Shown here: one piece after another, positions 33,314-47,221 of the stretch
Layout: the number at the start of each line of letters is the position of its first letter
Position numbering within the stretch: position 1 is the stretch's first letter
Source: Octopus sinensis
Lineage: Eukaryota
Direction of reading: 5' to 3'
DNA: 64,000 nt
NCBI RefSeq assembly: GCF_006345805.1
Contig: NC_043001.1
Location: 117,800,001-117,864,000, forward strand
Program-made: the position numbers and the translations under genes
The notes under the pieces: generated by a model
What the model saw: only the letters and a program-made list of their open reading frames with translations
Told to the model about the DNA's origin: nothing
Database searches by the model: none

Positions 33314-34732
33314 CACTGGGGAACACGATTTTTGTTGTCCGGTGTTACAGAGATGAGTTCCTTGTAATTTTGGGGGTGCTGATTTCAAAAATGAACTCCA
33401 TTTTGCTCTATCATGTCAAGATTTTTCTCAAATTCAGATCTCTATTTTTCAGCATTTCTGGTATTGTCATTATTTCTAAGGATAGATTAGTCTTCATCAA
33501 ATGCAGACCCATATATGGAGCTTGACATAGCTTTGAAAACATAGTTTTTCAATATCATTTAAAGTAAATGCAGCTACAAAAGTGAAAACAAAAGTCACGA
33601 TTTAAGTATCTTCAGTAAATAAAATACATCAAACTTGAATAACTTTCACTATTTTCAATCAAACTAGTTTTAAATGTTACGATGTTGACAGAAATGTTCT
33701 TTATTACAGTAAGCTGTTAATAAACAACACATTTCCGTGGTCCCTGACATCATAAATGTCTCATATTCGTGAAATTTGTCTGCAAGTATGTCCATGTTTG
33801 CAGTGATAGTGTGACTATCATTGCAAATTCTCATGAAAATTAGCATTTTGAATGCGCCCTTAATGTTTTAATTGCGAGATCACACGGGCCAAAATCACTT
33901 TTCGTCACGCATGGTCAAAGAACTATTCAAAGAACCTTATGGTGGGTATGCTCTTCACGGAACTTTGCCATCGCAAATCTGCATTTGCTTACTTTATAAC
34001 TGTTGACACTTCTGAAAATGCTTTCCGCAGGTGACAACAGACTTGAGTGTATATTCTGTATTTCAATAATATGGCCAGTTGTGAGAGAAGAAAATTCAGA
34101 AAGCAGTCCCGATGTCTTCTGCTATATTTGTGTATGTTACAATTTACCTAGGCAGCGAAGCAAAATCATAGATTTTATGAAGAAAGCTTACCTTACTTTC
34201 TTTGGCATGAAATTGAGTGATCAAGACAAAGTCTGGGCACCCCGTATATATATATATATAGTGTGTGTAAAGCATGTATTGAAACACTGAGACAGTGTCT
34301 CTTTCGAATACTGTTAAGCAATAAACTGTAATATTTGGTTTGTGCTACTTAATGGCAAAATTGAATTTTTTTTAATATATAAAAAAATGTATTCCTGTTT
34401 AACAAAAAACTTGACGTGATAGAATTTTTCTGAAGGCATTTCTGAAGCTAGCACCACCAAATTAGGTAGAAATAATTGTAAAAAGCGAGACAACTGGAAT
34501 TTTTTCGAAAATGTTCCCCAATGTTAACAACAAAATGATAAAAGCAACTGACCATCTCTATTACTACGGACAACAATACAAATATGCTTATTCAGAGAGT
34601 AAGCTTAGAATAAAAACTTTATGTAATATAAGAAAACTAAGCGTGGTTTTGAAATCAGCATGCCAAGTTTTAGATCAAATCAAGAGAGAAAGTAAATTCA
34701 ACAGAAATTCTGTTCAAAATTGTTCCCCTGTG
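33314..34732 (+). mobile_element. Internally deleted Chapaev3-type (CMC) DNA transposon
   Basis: TIRs CACTGGGGAACA / TGTTCCCCTGTG with a 3-bp TTA duplication on both sides. Transposase remnant SPDVFCYIC...KKAYLTFFGMKLSDQDKVWAP. Confidence 0.8.
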
Positions 34733-34744
34733 TTATATACCCTG

Positions 34745-35313
34745 CCAGGGTGCGAAATTTTCTTCCCACGAGAGTTCCGGACCCCAGTTATGAACTCATT
34801 TCCATACAGCCAATCAGAGATTAACTCTCAAACTAATTTATGGGCGCAAAACAAGTGATGGGCGATAAGATAAGGTCACTTGGGGGTAATGAATGACCAT
34901 GCTTTTTTTCTCCTATAATAATGCTTGTTGTTCTTGTTCTTGTTCCAACCATGGCTGCCTCTGCGTAGTTATTTGTGTTGCTGTTTACTTTGTTAAACAG
35001 TAAGGGAGAGAGGGTTGCTAGCACATCACCCTCAACCAACATTTTCCCCATCCACATCTTTACCATATGGGGCCCTAACAAGATCCGATAATAGGTATAG
35101 ATGCAAATCTACCTAATTACTTGTCTCCTTCTAAAATCAGGCATAACTTGGCGATCGGTCGACTTACAGCACTGTACCTTCGTCTTGAGTTCACTTGGTA
35201 CAGTGTGTTTGTTAATTTGACGACAAGGTCAAGGTGACCTCTGATTGACTGTATGCAAATGAGTTCATTACTGGGGTCCGAAACTCTCGTGGGAAAAAAA
35301 ACTCGCGCCCGGG
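34745..35313. mobile_element. Unclassified MITE with ~75-bp imperfect TIRs
   Basis: CCAGGGTGCGAAATTTTCTTCCCACGAGAGTTCCGGACCCCAG..CAATCAGAG is mirrored by CTCTGATTG..CTGGGGTCCGAAACTCTCGTGGGAAAAAAAACTCGCGCCCGGG. Confidence 0.75.
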
Positions 35314-36156
35314 TTGGGGGTGGGGATCAACTATGCCTAGAGTGATATATCCGAGTTATAAACAGTCAGGGTCTAGTTCATTTACGGTGCGTACCTCTGA
35401 ATAGATATTGCGGGCTGGTGAAGTATATGCAGTTTTTCACAGAAGCACAGTTGCCAATTGCGATCTTCAAGTGAGTAAGGATACCCCATTTGATGTTGAG
35501 AAGAAATTTCAATAGTCATTTCGATAGTCCAGATGAAGCAGGGTAGGGAGAGAAGTTTTCTTTATATCTACACCTGAGTCATGTGTTGTGTATTTCTTCC
35601 TTTAAAATTATTGGTTGAGCTAAAGTTTAATGACTTCTAATACTATAGGATAGTGTGAGGGTATTTCCAATACCATAGGATGGTGTGAGAGTACTCACTC
35701 ATGGAGTGAGTTTTTGAAAGGCAAGAAGCTTCCGGTGGGTAGTTGATAGGATTTCATCAGTTACACGTTGTAGTGTGGACTGGAAGCAGTGCAAATGTGT
35801 GTTTGCCTCTATTGTAACGTGAGGTATGCCCTGCATCCTGATGCTTTTCTTCTCTGCAACACGTGGGCTACAAAATGAGTAATTAATTGATGTTCATTGC
35901 ATTTTACAGCCGCGTGACCACAGCTGATCAATATAGGCTTAAACACCTTGGATCTATTGTTTTAATTTCTTACAAAGCTTCTACTCTGTCTCCGAACATC
36001 TGACGAGATCGACTCGTTTTACACGGTCACGAACCATTAAGAAATCTTGAGTTGAGTGAAACTGTTATTAGATACTCCAATCAAAAGTGCTGAGAGCGAC
36101 TTTTTTCATTTATTCACACACACGCAAGCACGCGCACGCACGCACACACACATACA

Positions 36157-36214
<58 letters not shown>

Positions 36215-36529
36215 CCCTCGCAAATGCGAATGATTTGGAAATATGTGCGATGTTTTCCATAATTATTTTATGGAAGCGTATATACTAGCAGACATAGATA
36301 CCTTCTCGGCCCTCTCACTCTTAACGCGGTGGCACATTCAAGATTTCATCGTTGGTATAAGAGAGAGCTACACCAGCAGTATGCTGGCACTTATTCGTCT
36401 GCTGAGTGGACTGGATCAACGTGAATTGATGGGCTTTTCTCAAGGATAATATGCGTTGCCCAATTCCGTAACCGAAACCACGATCTTCCGCATACATGAT
36501 GCATATATTCAAATAAATACGCGCATATA

Positions 36530-37270
<741 letters not shown>

Positions 37271-37872
37271 CACAAATTAAATTCGTTTGTGCTCGGAGTG
37301 TGTATAAATACAATATTCTTGTTGTGTGTGTGTGTGTGTGTGTGGGTGTCTTTACTTGTTATTGCTGTTTTTTAACTTTTGTTTTTTGTGTGTGCTTCTG
37401 TTTTTGTTTTTTTTTTTTATATCCTTATCTCGTTTGTTGTCAGTGATTTCTGAGAGGCGCAATGACTGAATCGATAAAGTATCTGTCTTTTCGTTTGTGT
37501 GTCGTGTGTCATTATATTTTATTGCGTTGCTAGCAATGGCAAGACACTTAATCCTACTTGCTTAAGGATTCATGTCTAATAAAGAATTTATTATTCATAT
37601 TCGATGAATATTTATGCTGTCACTCTCCCTTTCCATTTATAAAAGTTTTGCACGTACACTAACATTCACACAGACACAAAGATGCATGCGTATCTACACG
37701 AGTGCACACAACTGCATGTACATTTATTCGATTAAAATTCACGGTGCAATTTTTTTTCTTTTCTGGATAGGGGCAATAGAAAATGTCTGTGTGTATATAC
37801 ATATATTCACATATATACATACATACATACATACATGCATACATAGATACATGCATTATGGGCGGGTGTATA

Positions 37873-37938
<66 letters not shown>

Positions 37939-38499
37939 TGTATACACACACGTATATAAGTATATCTGCATGTGCCTTTGTGTACTCATGGATGCAAAGG
38001 TGTAGCGAAGTTCGAAAGTTAGGGAGCGCGAGCACATAGAAATGGCGCTGTGACACATACCAAACAATTTTAACTCATTTCTCTAATACGCGAAATATTT
38101 CATTAGTTATAATATACATAATTGTATTCTACGTTCATTAATTTCAGGTAAAGAAGATGAAACTCTGCAGGATCGTTCAGTGTCGAGAGATTATGATATC
38201 AGAGTTTGCTTTGGTTCTTCAGATGCCAGCAGCTATCAACAGGAGATTGAGCCGACAGTTCAAAAGCACGAGGGGTCGGTCAAATAAAGTCATAACTACA
38301 GAAAGCTCTTCCAACGCCATCCGATTGCCCCTCACCCCCTCACCCCCTCACCCCACCAAAAAGACATTCGACTTTTATCACACAAGTGAAAAGAATTTGT
38401 CGCTCCCCCTCCACTGCATGTGTGTGTTCGCGCTTATTTGGACCAATGTTTCGAACGTCCACTTAACTATTTCTATGTTGACCAGCTCATAATCTCTCA

Positions 38500-40030
38500 T
38501 ACCACATTTCAACGTCTTTTAAGTATTGTCGACGTCAACGACAACTTAACCACCTGTGAGGATAAACTGAAATGTTACCGTATTAGTGAACGTATGAATG
38601 ATGATTGGAATAACATTCGTAAATGAAAACGAATTCCGTATTTCTTTTGTTTGTCTTTGGGTCAGACACGATCGAACAAGTCTATGGTCAAAAACTTTCC
38701 AATCGTCACCATCTTGCCCATATTTTGTTTTTAAGACGCTAGTGTATGATTTGGAGTGAATTCGGCAGCTATTTGTAGGAAGTCGAGCAACGATATTGAG
38801 GCGCCTTCTTGACTTGTATCTATGTGGCAATGAGTGTGTGGTGGAGTATCGTGTAGTTCAATTTATTTATTGTTTGTCATTAAGTCAAGTCAGATATGGG
38901 GACATGCGCCGTTGCAGCGCGTCACTGCATCCACCATTTGTCGTTTTTTTGCCTACGGTCATCCTGGGAAACCCTCCAATTAGTATCCAATCAGCTCTAA
39001 TCTCTGCGAGATACCTACTCATCCACCATGACCATGTGGCATGTGGCCAACTAATACGAGCCGTCATACCAACCGGATCCTCAGAGAAGAGAATACAGTT
39101 CACAAGATCTTACTCGGAAAATTGAACAACATGACCAAACAGCCTGAGCTGATGCTCCCGAATCATACAAGTAACAGCACCATCTCATTTCTGAGTTTAG
39201 TCGTCGATGGATACAAAATCGAAGCAATGGTAACTCATATTCTCGCTAAGCGTCCTAGTACCAAAGGAGTTTAGATGGCTCTTAAGAGCCCTGGACAGTG
39301 TCCAAGTCTCGCAACTATAGAACAAGATTGAGAGGATCAGAGACCCGAATATCTGAGCCGTAGTCTTCCTGCTCAGAGATTGGCAACGCTAAACACTCCT
39401 GTCTAGTGAGTCCACAACTGCAATAGCACAGAGAGCATACACTGCAACCAAGAAAATAACACCCAGAGAATGTCGAATCCTCAGTTACATAATATGCTCA
39501 TTGACAGGTGTTATATCTGATACCATTGGAACCAGCCAGTCAGCCACTACAACTGCTATCCCAACGGCATGCCAGACCGGCGATAGATGTAACCACTAGT
39601 TGAAATTTAGCCTCTCCATAACCGACGCACCTCCGATGGGGCTACCAAAGCGACTCGCAAAGACGTCAGGAGCAGATGGGAGAATATTTTAGGTCCCCAC
39701 CCGAACAGGCCTCCTCAGATTTAACGAGTTTCCCTGCTCCTGGTCGATGACACTTTTGCATCACTCAGGCGACAACTCTTCGACTCAACCCGTCCTCTAG
39801 GATTTTCCTCATTTGGCGAAGTGGAGTCCTAGCGGCTTAGCCCCAACCGTTTCATATGACGTATCTTATAGGCAGTCGAGATACTTCCCCGAAAGAGAGA
39901 ATTTAATGTTTGGCTGGTCGTTGATGGTGAGGGTTTTATGAGGATGGAATGCAAATTATACCTCGACTTTTAGTCGATTTTTACGACACGCAGAGGAATC
40001 ATTAGGTCTATTCTTTTGCATGCCGGTCTC
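38500..40030 (-). mobile_element. Decayed RTE-clade LINE (5' UTR, APE endonuclease remnant, deleted RT)
   Basis: VSDITPVNEHIM*LRIRHSLGVIFLVAVYA (APE-like) and GSW..-like segment. GC-richer 5' UTR-like region near 39600-40030. Confidence 0.6.
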
Positions 40031-40667
40031 CACATAATCATTAGATTGATCGTTATTAATTATTATATATATTCAAATGTTATTTGTTGCTTTTATGCTA
40101 ATTTGTTTTATTAAAGTGACTGGAATACTTACATGCTAATTATTTGTGTATGATGGTGAGAATTCTGATTTTTTGTTTAAAGTCGCCTTGAATATGGAGT
40201 CTGCTTGTTTAGATTCAGGTCAAGCTGATCGAGCAGGTCAAGCTATGGTGAAAGGCATTTCAGTCGTAACAGCTCAGTCCCTTTTTTTTTTCGGACACTG
40301 TGTATCTACAAATAAATTATCCTACGTTTCCTTCCTTTTCCTGGGCAATGTGCGATGCAAGTATGATTTTGGCAGCTATTTCTAGCAGATTGAGGGATCA
40401 CGCAGAAGTGCTCTTGTTTGTTTGAAGTGGTTTTGTAGGGTTTTTTTTAATTTCTTCTCATATTTATGGTAATAAAACAGTGTTAGTCAATTAGATACTG
40501 TCTTTTCCTCCTTTCTAATAAAGTAGTTTATTGAAAAGCAAAGTTGGCATCGCCAGGATTTGAATCAGAACATAAAAATTCTAAACAAATACCGCAAGGC
40601 ATTTTTCTTAACACCAAGTGTGGCAGTTTACCATCCTTAATAATTGCTTCTAATTTAAGCTCAAGAC

Positions 40668-40985
40668 CAGTGATTCCCAACGTGGGGCATGGAAATATTG
40701 GTGAGGTATGCATATGGTTTTGTTGAATTTATACCTTTTGTACACAATGTTTAGTATACCAATAGAGAAAGGCGGCAATTCGAGAATGAGTTATTAAAAA
40801 CAAAAATTCTTTACATCCCTTCTTCCTTCTGTGGACAATTTTATCAAACTTTGGACACTTGACAGACGTTTTCATCATATTCGTTTTCATCATATTCATA
40901 AGATCTGATGTCACTAAAGAGGGAATGGATTATTTCCTTCGATTAAGTGATATGTGAAAACATGTTGGTAATTACAAACGCATAC

Positions 40986-41027
<42 letters not shown>

Positions 41028-41476
41028 TTTGCGTGCGTGCATGTATGTAATATAGAACTGGTCAGTACTGAAAGCAATGCCATCTTAATTCCCTATAGAG
41101 AAATAAGCTAGAGAGAGACTTATGTGTGCGGGTGGGTCTAAAAGTATTCACTCTTTTATCTCCGGCGACAACAATCTGGGTACACAAGAAAAAAATGTGG
41201 TGCTGCAGTGTTGATGGGGCAATAAATGGCGTTGGGGGGGGGGATGAAAGAATTGATTGGTGTGGAATAGGTTGATCATCATCATCATCATTGTTCGACC
41301 ATAGTCGTGACAATGGAATTTACTATGTTACGCCAGACTTCACGGTCCATCATAGCATTACGGAGGTCCTGTTGCTGGATACCTGTATCCCTGGAGATTA
41401 CATCAGGGTAGGAGAGTGAATAGGTTGAAATGGAGTGGAAGTAAGGGATAGCGTCAGTGAAGGAAGAGAAAGAGGC

Positions 41477-41509
<33 letters not shown>

Positions 41510-42276
41510 TTTAGGGTACTGGTTATGCACATGCACACACGCGTATATATGAACAGAAATGAAAACTCACCGGTCATTTTATTCCCACCAGTCAGTTTGT
41601 GAATTTAGCAAAAAGGTAAGAAAACATTTCCATCATTGATACAAAGGCTTTTGCAGCTGAGAAGATTCACGGAATATTCTTTTGTTTCTTTTTGAGCATA
41701 TTTTCCGAAAATATATACTGAAATCTTTTTGAAGAAATTGTTGAAAAAATCTGCTTGAACTGAAATCTCTTTGTATTTGATTCAAAAATACATAAAATGA
41801 GTAATGCAAGAAAAAAGTTCATCAATATTCAGAGGAATATTTAAAATTTGGATTTATACCCTCTATCTACAATAAACTGTCACCAAGTTGTAGGCGAAAA
41901 ACTCAGATCTTGTGAATTTTCCAAAGTCCTTTCCTCACTCCCTCGGAAAATATTTTCCCACAAATTTCTTTATAATCGTAATCTATGCTGGTTGAAAGGT
42001 ATTTGTATAAAATTTCATTTAAAAAAAATTTTTCCTAAAAGTTATGTGGGAAAAACTTGGATCTTGTGAATTTTCCGAAGTCCTCTCCCCACACACCCCG
42101 TTGCTCTCCACGCATTTTTTTTACATCCGTTGCACTATTTCTTTTTTATTTTGTTTCCGAGTAATATTGTAAACATTACCAAATGTTGAATAACAAAAAT
42201 TAAATATCACAAGGGGGCATCAGGATTTTAGAAGTGATTCGGTGGGGCATGACCAAAAATCGGTTGGGAACCACAG
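40668..42276 (+). mobile_element. hAT (Charlie/Buster-type) DNA transposon remnant
   Basis: TIRs CAGTGATTCCCAAC / GTTGGGAACCACAG. Perfect 8-bp TSD CTCAAGAC (40660-67, 42277-84). Remnant MSNARKKVHQYSEEYLKFGFIPS at 41797. Confidence 0.88.
41275..41420 (-). mobile_element. RTE LINE 3' tail nested in the hAT
   Basis: SYPDVISRDTG...DLRNAMMDREVWR..V followed by a (GAT)n tail. Confidence 0.8.
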
Positions 42277-42284
42277 CTCAAGAC

Positions 42285-43000
42285 CATGCGTTTTGACGGG
42301 AGGAGTTTAGTCGATTACGTTGACTCAGTATTTAACTGCTACTTTATTTAATCGACTCCGGAATGATAAAAGGTAATATAGACAACCGTCAGGTTTAAAC
42401 TAAGAATATAATGAGCCGGAAGATATACCACAAAGCATCCTAACGATTCTTCCTATCCACAATAATGATAATTCTTTCTAATTTTGGCATGAAGTCAGCA
42501 ATTTTGAATGGAGGGAGCAAATCGATTACATCAACCCCAATACTTGACTGTCACTTATGTATCGACCCCGAAAAGACGAAAAGCAAAGGCGACTTCCACA
42601 GGAGTTTGAACTCAGGAAGTAAAGAGCTGGAAGAAATGCCACTTAGCGTTAAATCCACTGTAACGATTATAATTGATTCTAAGGCGGCGAAAAGGCCATC
42701 ATCGCTGACGCGTCGGCGAAAACGCTTAGCTGCATTTCGTTCGTCTTTACGTTCTCAGATCAAATTCCGCCAAGGTCCACTTTGCCTTTCATCCTTTCAG
42801 GGTCGATAAAATAAGTGCCACTTGAGCATTGGAGTTCGAAACAATCAAGTTACCCCCTTGCTCCGAACTTGCTGGCCTTGAGCCAAAATTTGAATCAAAT
42901 AATTATAATTGTGTCTGACATCGGCTGAAATTCGTGGATGGGAATTAGTCGATTAAATCGATTCAGTATATGACTAATTCTTTATTTTATCGACTACTGT
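42285..43000. mobile_element. Cluster of four old SINE family A copies in mixed orientation
   Basis: Minus copies at about 42285-42450, 42461-42670 and 42910-42995; plus copy at 42682-42905. Confidence 0.75.
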
Positions 43001-43056
43001 AGATTTTTTTTTTTTTAGCTGTTAGTTAATTGTCAGTCGCCGTGTTCTTTGATATA

Positions 43057-43286
43057 TATTTCTTTACTACCCACAAGGGGCTAAATATAGAGAGGACAAA
43101 CAAGGACAGACAAAGGGATTAAGTCGATTACATCGACCCAGTGCGAAACTGGTACTTTATTTATCGACCTCGAGAGGATGAATGGCAAAGTCGACCTCGG
43201 CGGAATTCGAACTCAGAACGTAACGACAGACGAAATACCACTAAGCATTTCGCTCGGTGTGCTAATGACTCTGCCAGCTCGCCGCC
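43057..43286 (-). mobile_element. SINE family A (A1) with a 16-bp target-site duplication
   Basis: CGTGTTCTTTGATATA at 43041-43056 and 43289-43304. Confidence 0.93.
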
Positions 43287-43346
43287 CTCGTGTTCTTTGA
43301 TATAGGCACCAAGCCACAAACTTTGACAACACTATATAATGTAGGG

Positions 43347-44169
43347 GTGTTCGGGCTAAATTTGACGATTTTTATGTCTTTTTTTTTTTTTTTTTCAAGA
43401 ACAGCTTGGTGAACAGTCAACAGCACTGGAGAGCATAAATATTAAAGCTGTCATGGAGGACTGGAAACCATCTGAATATTGAAAAATAGTTGCTATGATG
43501 ATTCGCACTGGATATCAAAATGCTGACATCATGCCTGCCGCTCATTGTTCTGTGAACACTATAAAGGCTCTAAGATGTGACATGGACGACTGCAACTGAG
43601 ATTAAGAGGCCGTGTCCAGCATGAAGGGACACAGCAGGCGTTCGGAGTCCGCACGCTAATATTCATTCTCACATCTGCGAACAGAGTCTTACGCTCAATT
43701 CAGACGATTCTGTGAAGCTGCTAGAGACTGAGGTTTATCTGGTTTGAAAGGGTTGCTGCTGGAGGGCTATGTGGGGCAGCAGGTTTCTGTGCCTTACCAG
43801 ACCTCCGGAAAGGGTCAGAAATGGTTGTTGGAGAACTACGACTTCACCAGCCCCAATTTCTGGTCTCCTAATTCACTCGATTGTAATCCCAAGGAGTAAT
43901 ATAGGTGCGTTGCGGTTGAGAAAAACACCAACCGCTGTCTGCAACACCAAGGCTAAGAAAGTGCTCGAATACAGTGAAGAACGTATGCGCCGGGTTCCGG
44001 AGTTGTCTTGAGACCGTAGGAGAAGCTGAGGGCGATTACTTTGAGTAAACTGTTATCACCCAGCGGTTATGTAGCTGATATTTTTTTTATTTTTTAAAAT
44101 ACTTTTATTTTTGGAAGGGATGTTGTTTTCTTTTCCTTTTATGCATAGTGTCAAATTTAGCCCGAACAC
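43347..44169 (+). mobile_element. Internally deleted Tc1/mariner element (maT/DD37D-like)
   Basis: Perfect 20-bp TIR GTGTTCGGGCTAAATTTGAC (43347-66, 44150-69). Remnants MIRTG...HSRRS and WQQ.S.P...KGQKWLLENYDF.SPNFWSPNS.DCNP. Confidence 0.8.
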
Positions 44170-44223
44170 TTTGGATAATAATGACTTCAGCACTTGACTG
44201 CTACTTATTGCATTAACCCCGCT

Positions 44224-44224
44224 G

Positions 44225-44273
<49 letters not shown>

Positions 44274-44364
44274 CAGCAGAGGCAGCAGCAGCAGCAGAGG
44301 CAGCAGCAGCAGCAGAGGCAGCAGCAGAGGCAGCAGCAGCAGCAGAGGCAGCAGTAGTAGTAGT

Positions 44365-44436
<72 letters not shown>

Positions 44437-44510
44437 TGTTGTTGTTGTTGTTGTTGTAGCAATAACAACATCAGCAGTAACAAAATCAATGGCAGCAGCA
44501 GCAGCAGTGC
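44224..44510. repeat. Compound trinucleotide array (AGT)n-(AGC/AGAGGC)n-(GTT)n
   Basis: Direct reading; explains the poly-S and poly-L ORFs. Confidence 0.95.
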
Positions 44511-45389
44511 GAGAGCGAAATCAGCCAGTTGTTACATTTGATCGTCGTTATCTTAAACGTCAGCAATGTTTATCAAAATACTAAGGGAAGCCATTATAAA
44601 AGCCGGCCCATTGTTCCCTCCTTTCTCTCCCAACTCCAGTTTCACGCTTTCATTTCGTTTATTTGTTTATATTTATCTATTTATTTATATTCTTGTTTTA
44701 TTAAAAGAAGAAAAAAAGGGGTTCTGAATAGAAACATATCAAGGCAGGGGAAAGCTTGTTATTGTTTTCTTCAAACGTTTCTATGTTTGTTTCGATTTGT
44801 TTGTTTGTTTGTTTGTTTATAGAGGAACACGCGCGTACGCACATACACAATATTGGAGCGAGCTCTTATTCTACCCATGTTACACCCGGAAGTTCTGTCC
44901 CGTTAGATAACGAAAGACTAACACCACCATTTTGTTGGCACACTCCAAAACTTTATTGTGGATATTAGGGGAGTGAGACCTAAAGAATCGAGCCGCAACG
45001 TGACGGGGAATGCTTTAAGGGTTGTGACATAAGCAAGGCAGGGTAAGGGTTGTCATTTACTCTTGGACGGAATGAGCATTTTGTATGTAGGTATTCAATG
45101 TGTGTTTGTGCTACGCTTATGTGTGTGCGTGCGTGTCTATGTGTGTGAAGAGAAGAAGGAGGAGGAGGAAAATGTATGTATGGGTGTGGATCAGTTGGCG
45201 CGTGTTTATGTGATATTTCGTATAGAAACTTTTAATATCTGTTTATGTTAGAGTCATGTGAGTCAGTGCATGTGTGTGTAAGAATGAGAGCGAATGAAGT
45301 GTGTATAGCACTTTGTCATTTTATGTGTCTATGTAAATAAATATCTTCTCGAGCTTCATAACATAGACAAAAGTAGTTGCGTCTGTGTA

Positions 45390-46269
45390 CAAGATCTGAT
45401 CAATAAGTATCCGGACTGTTGCCATAGTAACGAAGCTAAAGCATGCAGAGTGAAACCGCTGCGTATAGATTGACCTTGTTGTGCATGCCTACTAAGTTTT
45501 AACGTTCTAGCTCACTTCCGTTGTTTGCAGTAACGCTTGGAAGGAAGGTGTGTAGTGTGTGATCGTCACATTGACCATGACAGAGGTAGTTGTCATGACC
45601 TGCTCAGAGGCCTGCGCAAAGTTGCAGAAAGTGTATGGAGAGAAGTGTATGAGCCGTAAATAAATGTACGAGTGGCTCAGTCGTTTCCAAAATGGCCGAA
45701 AAAGTGTCGATACTGACGAAGTTCTGGGAGACCTGCAACCAGGAGAACTGAGAAAAACATCACAGATTTGCGTGCAGCTGTGAGAGGAAATCATTGAATC
45801 ACCACCCATGAGTTATCAGAGGATGTGCAGAACAGTTACAGTTCAGTTTAGTCCATTATCGTAGAAGATTTGTGCATGAGACGTGTGCCTGCCAAGTTTG
45901 TGTCAAAATTCATTTCAGCAGACCAAAAAGACACTCGGGTTTCAGTCGCACAAGATCTCCTTCATTGTGCTGAGAACGATGAAAACGTTTCGAAAACTTT
46001 GCGTAGGCCTCAGAGCAGGTTTCGCCAAGCTTTTGGCAAAATTTGATGCAGATTCTCTGCTCAACTTTCTCTGTCATGGTCAATGCGACGATTACACGCT
46101 ACGCACCTCATTCCAAGCACCGCTGTAAACAGCGGAAGTGGGCTAGAACATTAAAACTTAGTGCGCATGCCTAGTAGAGTTCAAGGTCAATCTGTGTTAG
46201 CGACTTCACCCTGTGTGCTTTAGCTTCGTTACTGTGGCAATAGTTCGGATACTTATTGACCAGACCACG
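45390..46269. mobile_element. Mariner derivative built from two inverted 5' ends
   Basis: TA-flanked. 45390-45630 and 45990-46269 are reverse complements, and both contain the transposase start (MTEKVEQRICIKFCQKLGETCSEAYAK on minus). Confidence 0.85.
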
Positions 46270-46976
46270 TATATGTGCTAATGCTTATGCATAAGGCAAG
46301 TATGTTTTATGTTTGTATGGAATTTTTGTTGTTGTGTGACACCTATGTCGACCGTTATCAATCAGACCCATGCTACGTAAGCAGACGTAAGAACAACTGC
46401 GTTGCACAACAGCTGATCCAGATATACCATTTTACTGTCTTCAATGTGATATATCCACTATTAATATAACACTATTGATCAGCAGATCAATTGGTCTTAA
46501 ACCATACCACCATCTGTATCCCCTGGAATGCAAGGGTTGTTCGTTAACCACGTGACAACATGATCGACCAGATTATGCAATTTTCTTTTCTTTTTTTTTT
46601 AGAATAGTGTATTCCGGCCTACATTATTCAGTGTATACTTTTTAAGATGGCATGGTGTGGTTCGAAGATTTTGCAGTTTCTTTTAGCATGTCATGCAATC
46701 ACATACAGGCCCCTTCGTTTGCTCGTACACAAGTGTCGTTATTCCTTTGTGCTGATTAAATGTGTTATCTATAACTTGTCTAACAGTGTTGTATGTTATC
46801 TTGCTTTCTTTTTTTTTAACTTGGTTTTCGCTTGATATGAATATTGTGAGTGTTGAACCCACAATAAGCAGTGAAACCGCAATAAGCAGTGATCCCATGA
46901 TTAAATCTACCCAATTCAAGTAGAGTTTGGACTCATTGCATTTAGTACGCTAGTACTTATTTAATTTGTTTCTTAA

Positions 46977-47180
46977 GGCGGCGAGCTGGCAGAAACGTTA
47001 GTACGCCGGGCGAAATGCTTAGTGGTATTTCGTTCTGAATTCAAATTCCGCCGAGATCGACTTTGCCTTTCATCCTTTCGGGATCGATAAATTAAGTACC
47101 AGTAGCGTACTGGAGTAGATCTAATCGACTGGCCCCCTCTCCAAAAATTTCAGGCCTTTAGCCTAGAGTAGAAAAGAAAA
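46977..47180 (+). mobile_element. SINE family A, subfamily A2 (alternative 3' tail)
   Basis: Family A head and core followed by CGACTGGCCCCCTCTCC..GCCTAGAGTAGAAAAG instead of the A1 tail. Confidence 0.9.
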
Positions 47181-47221
47181 TAATGATGACGTGTGATGCA
47201 ATGTGGAAATTGTTATTGATA

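Noticed and set aside
35990-36040. CTGACGA as a hammerhead core
   Set aside because: No GAAA after a stem II and no supporting stems.
44194-44541. Poly-Ser/poly-Leu ORFs
   Set aside because: Trinucleotide array with no splice signals or unique coding flanks.
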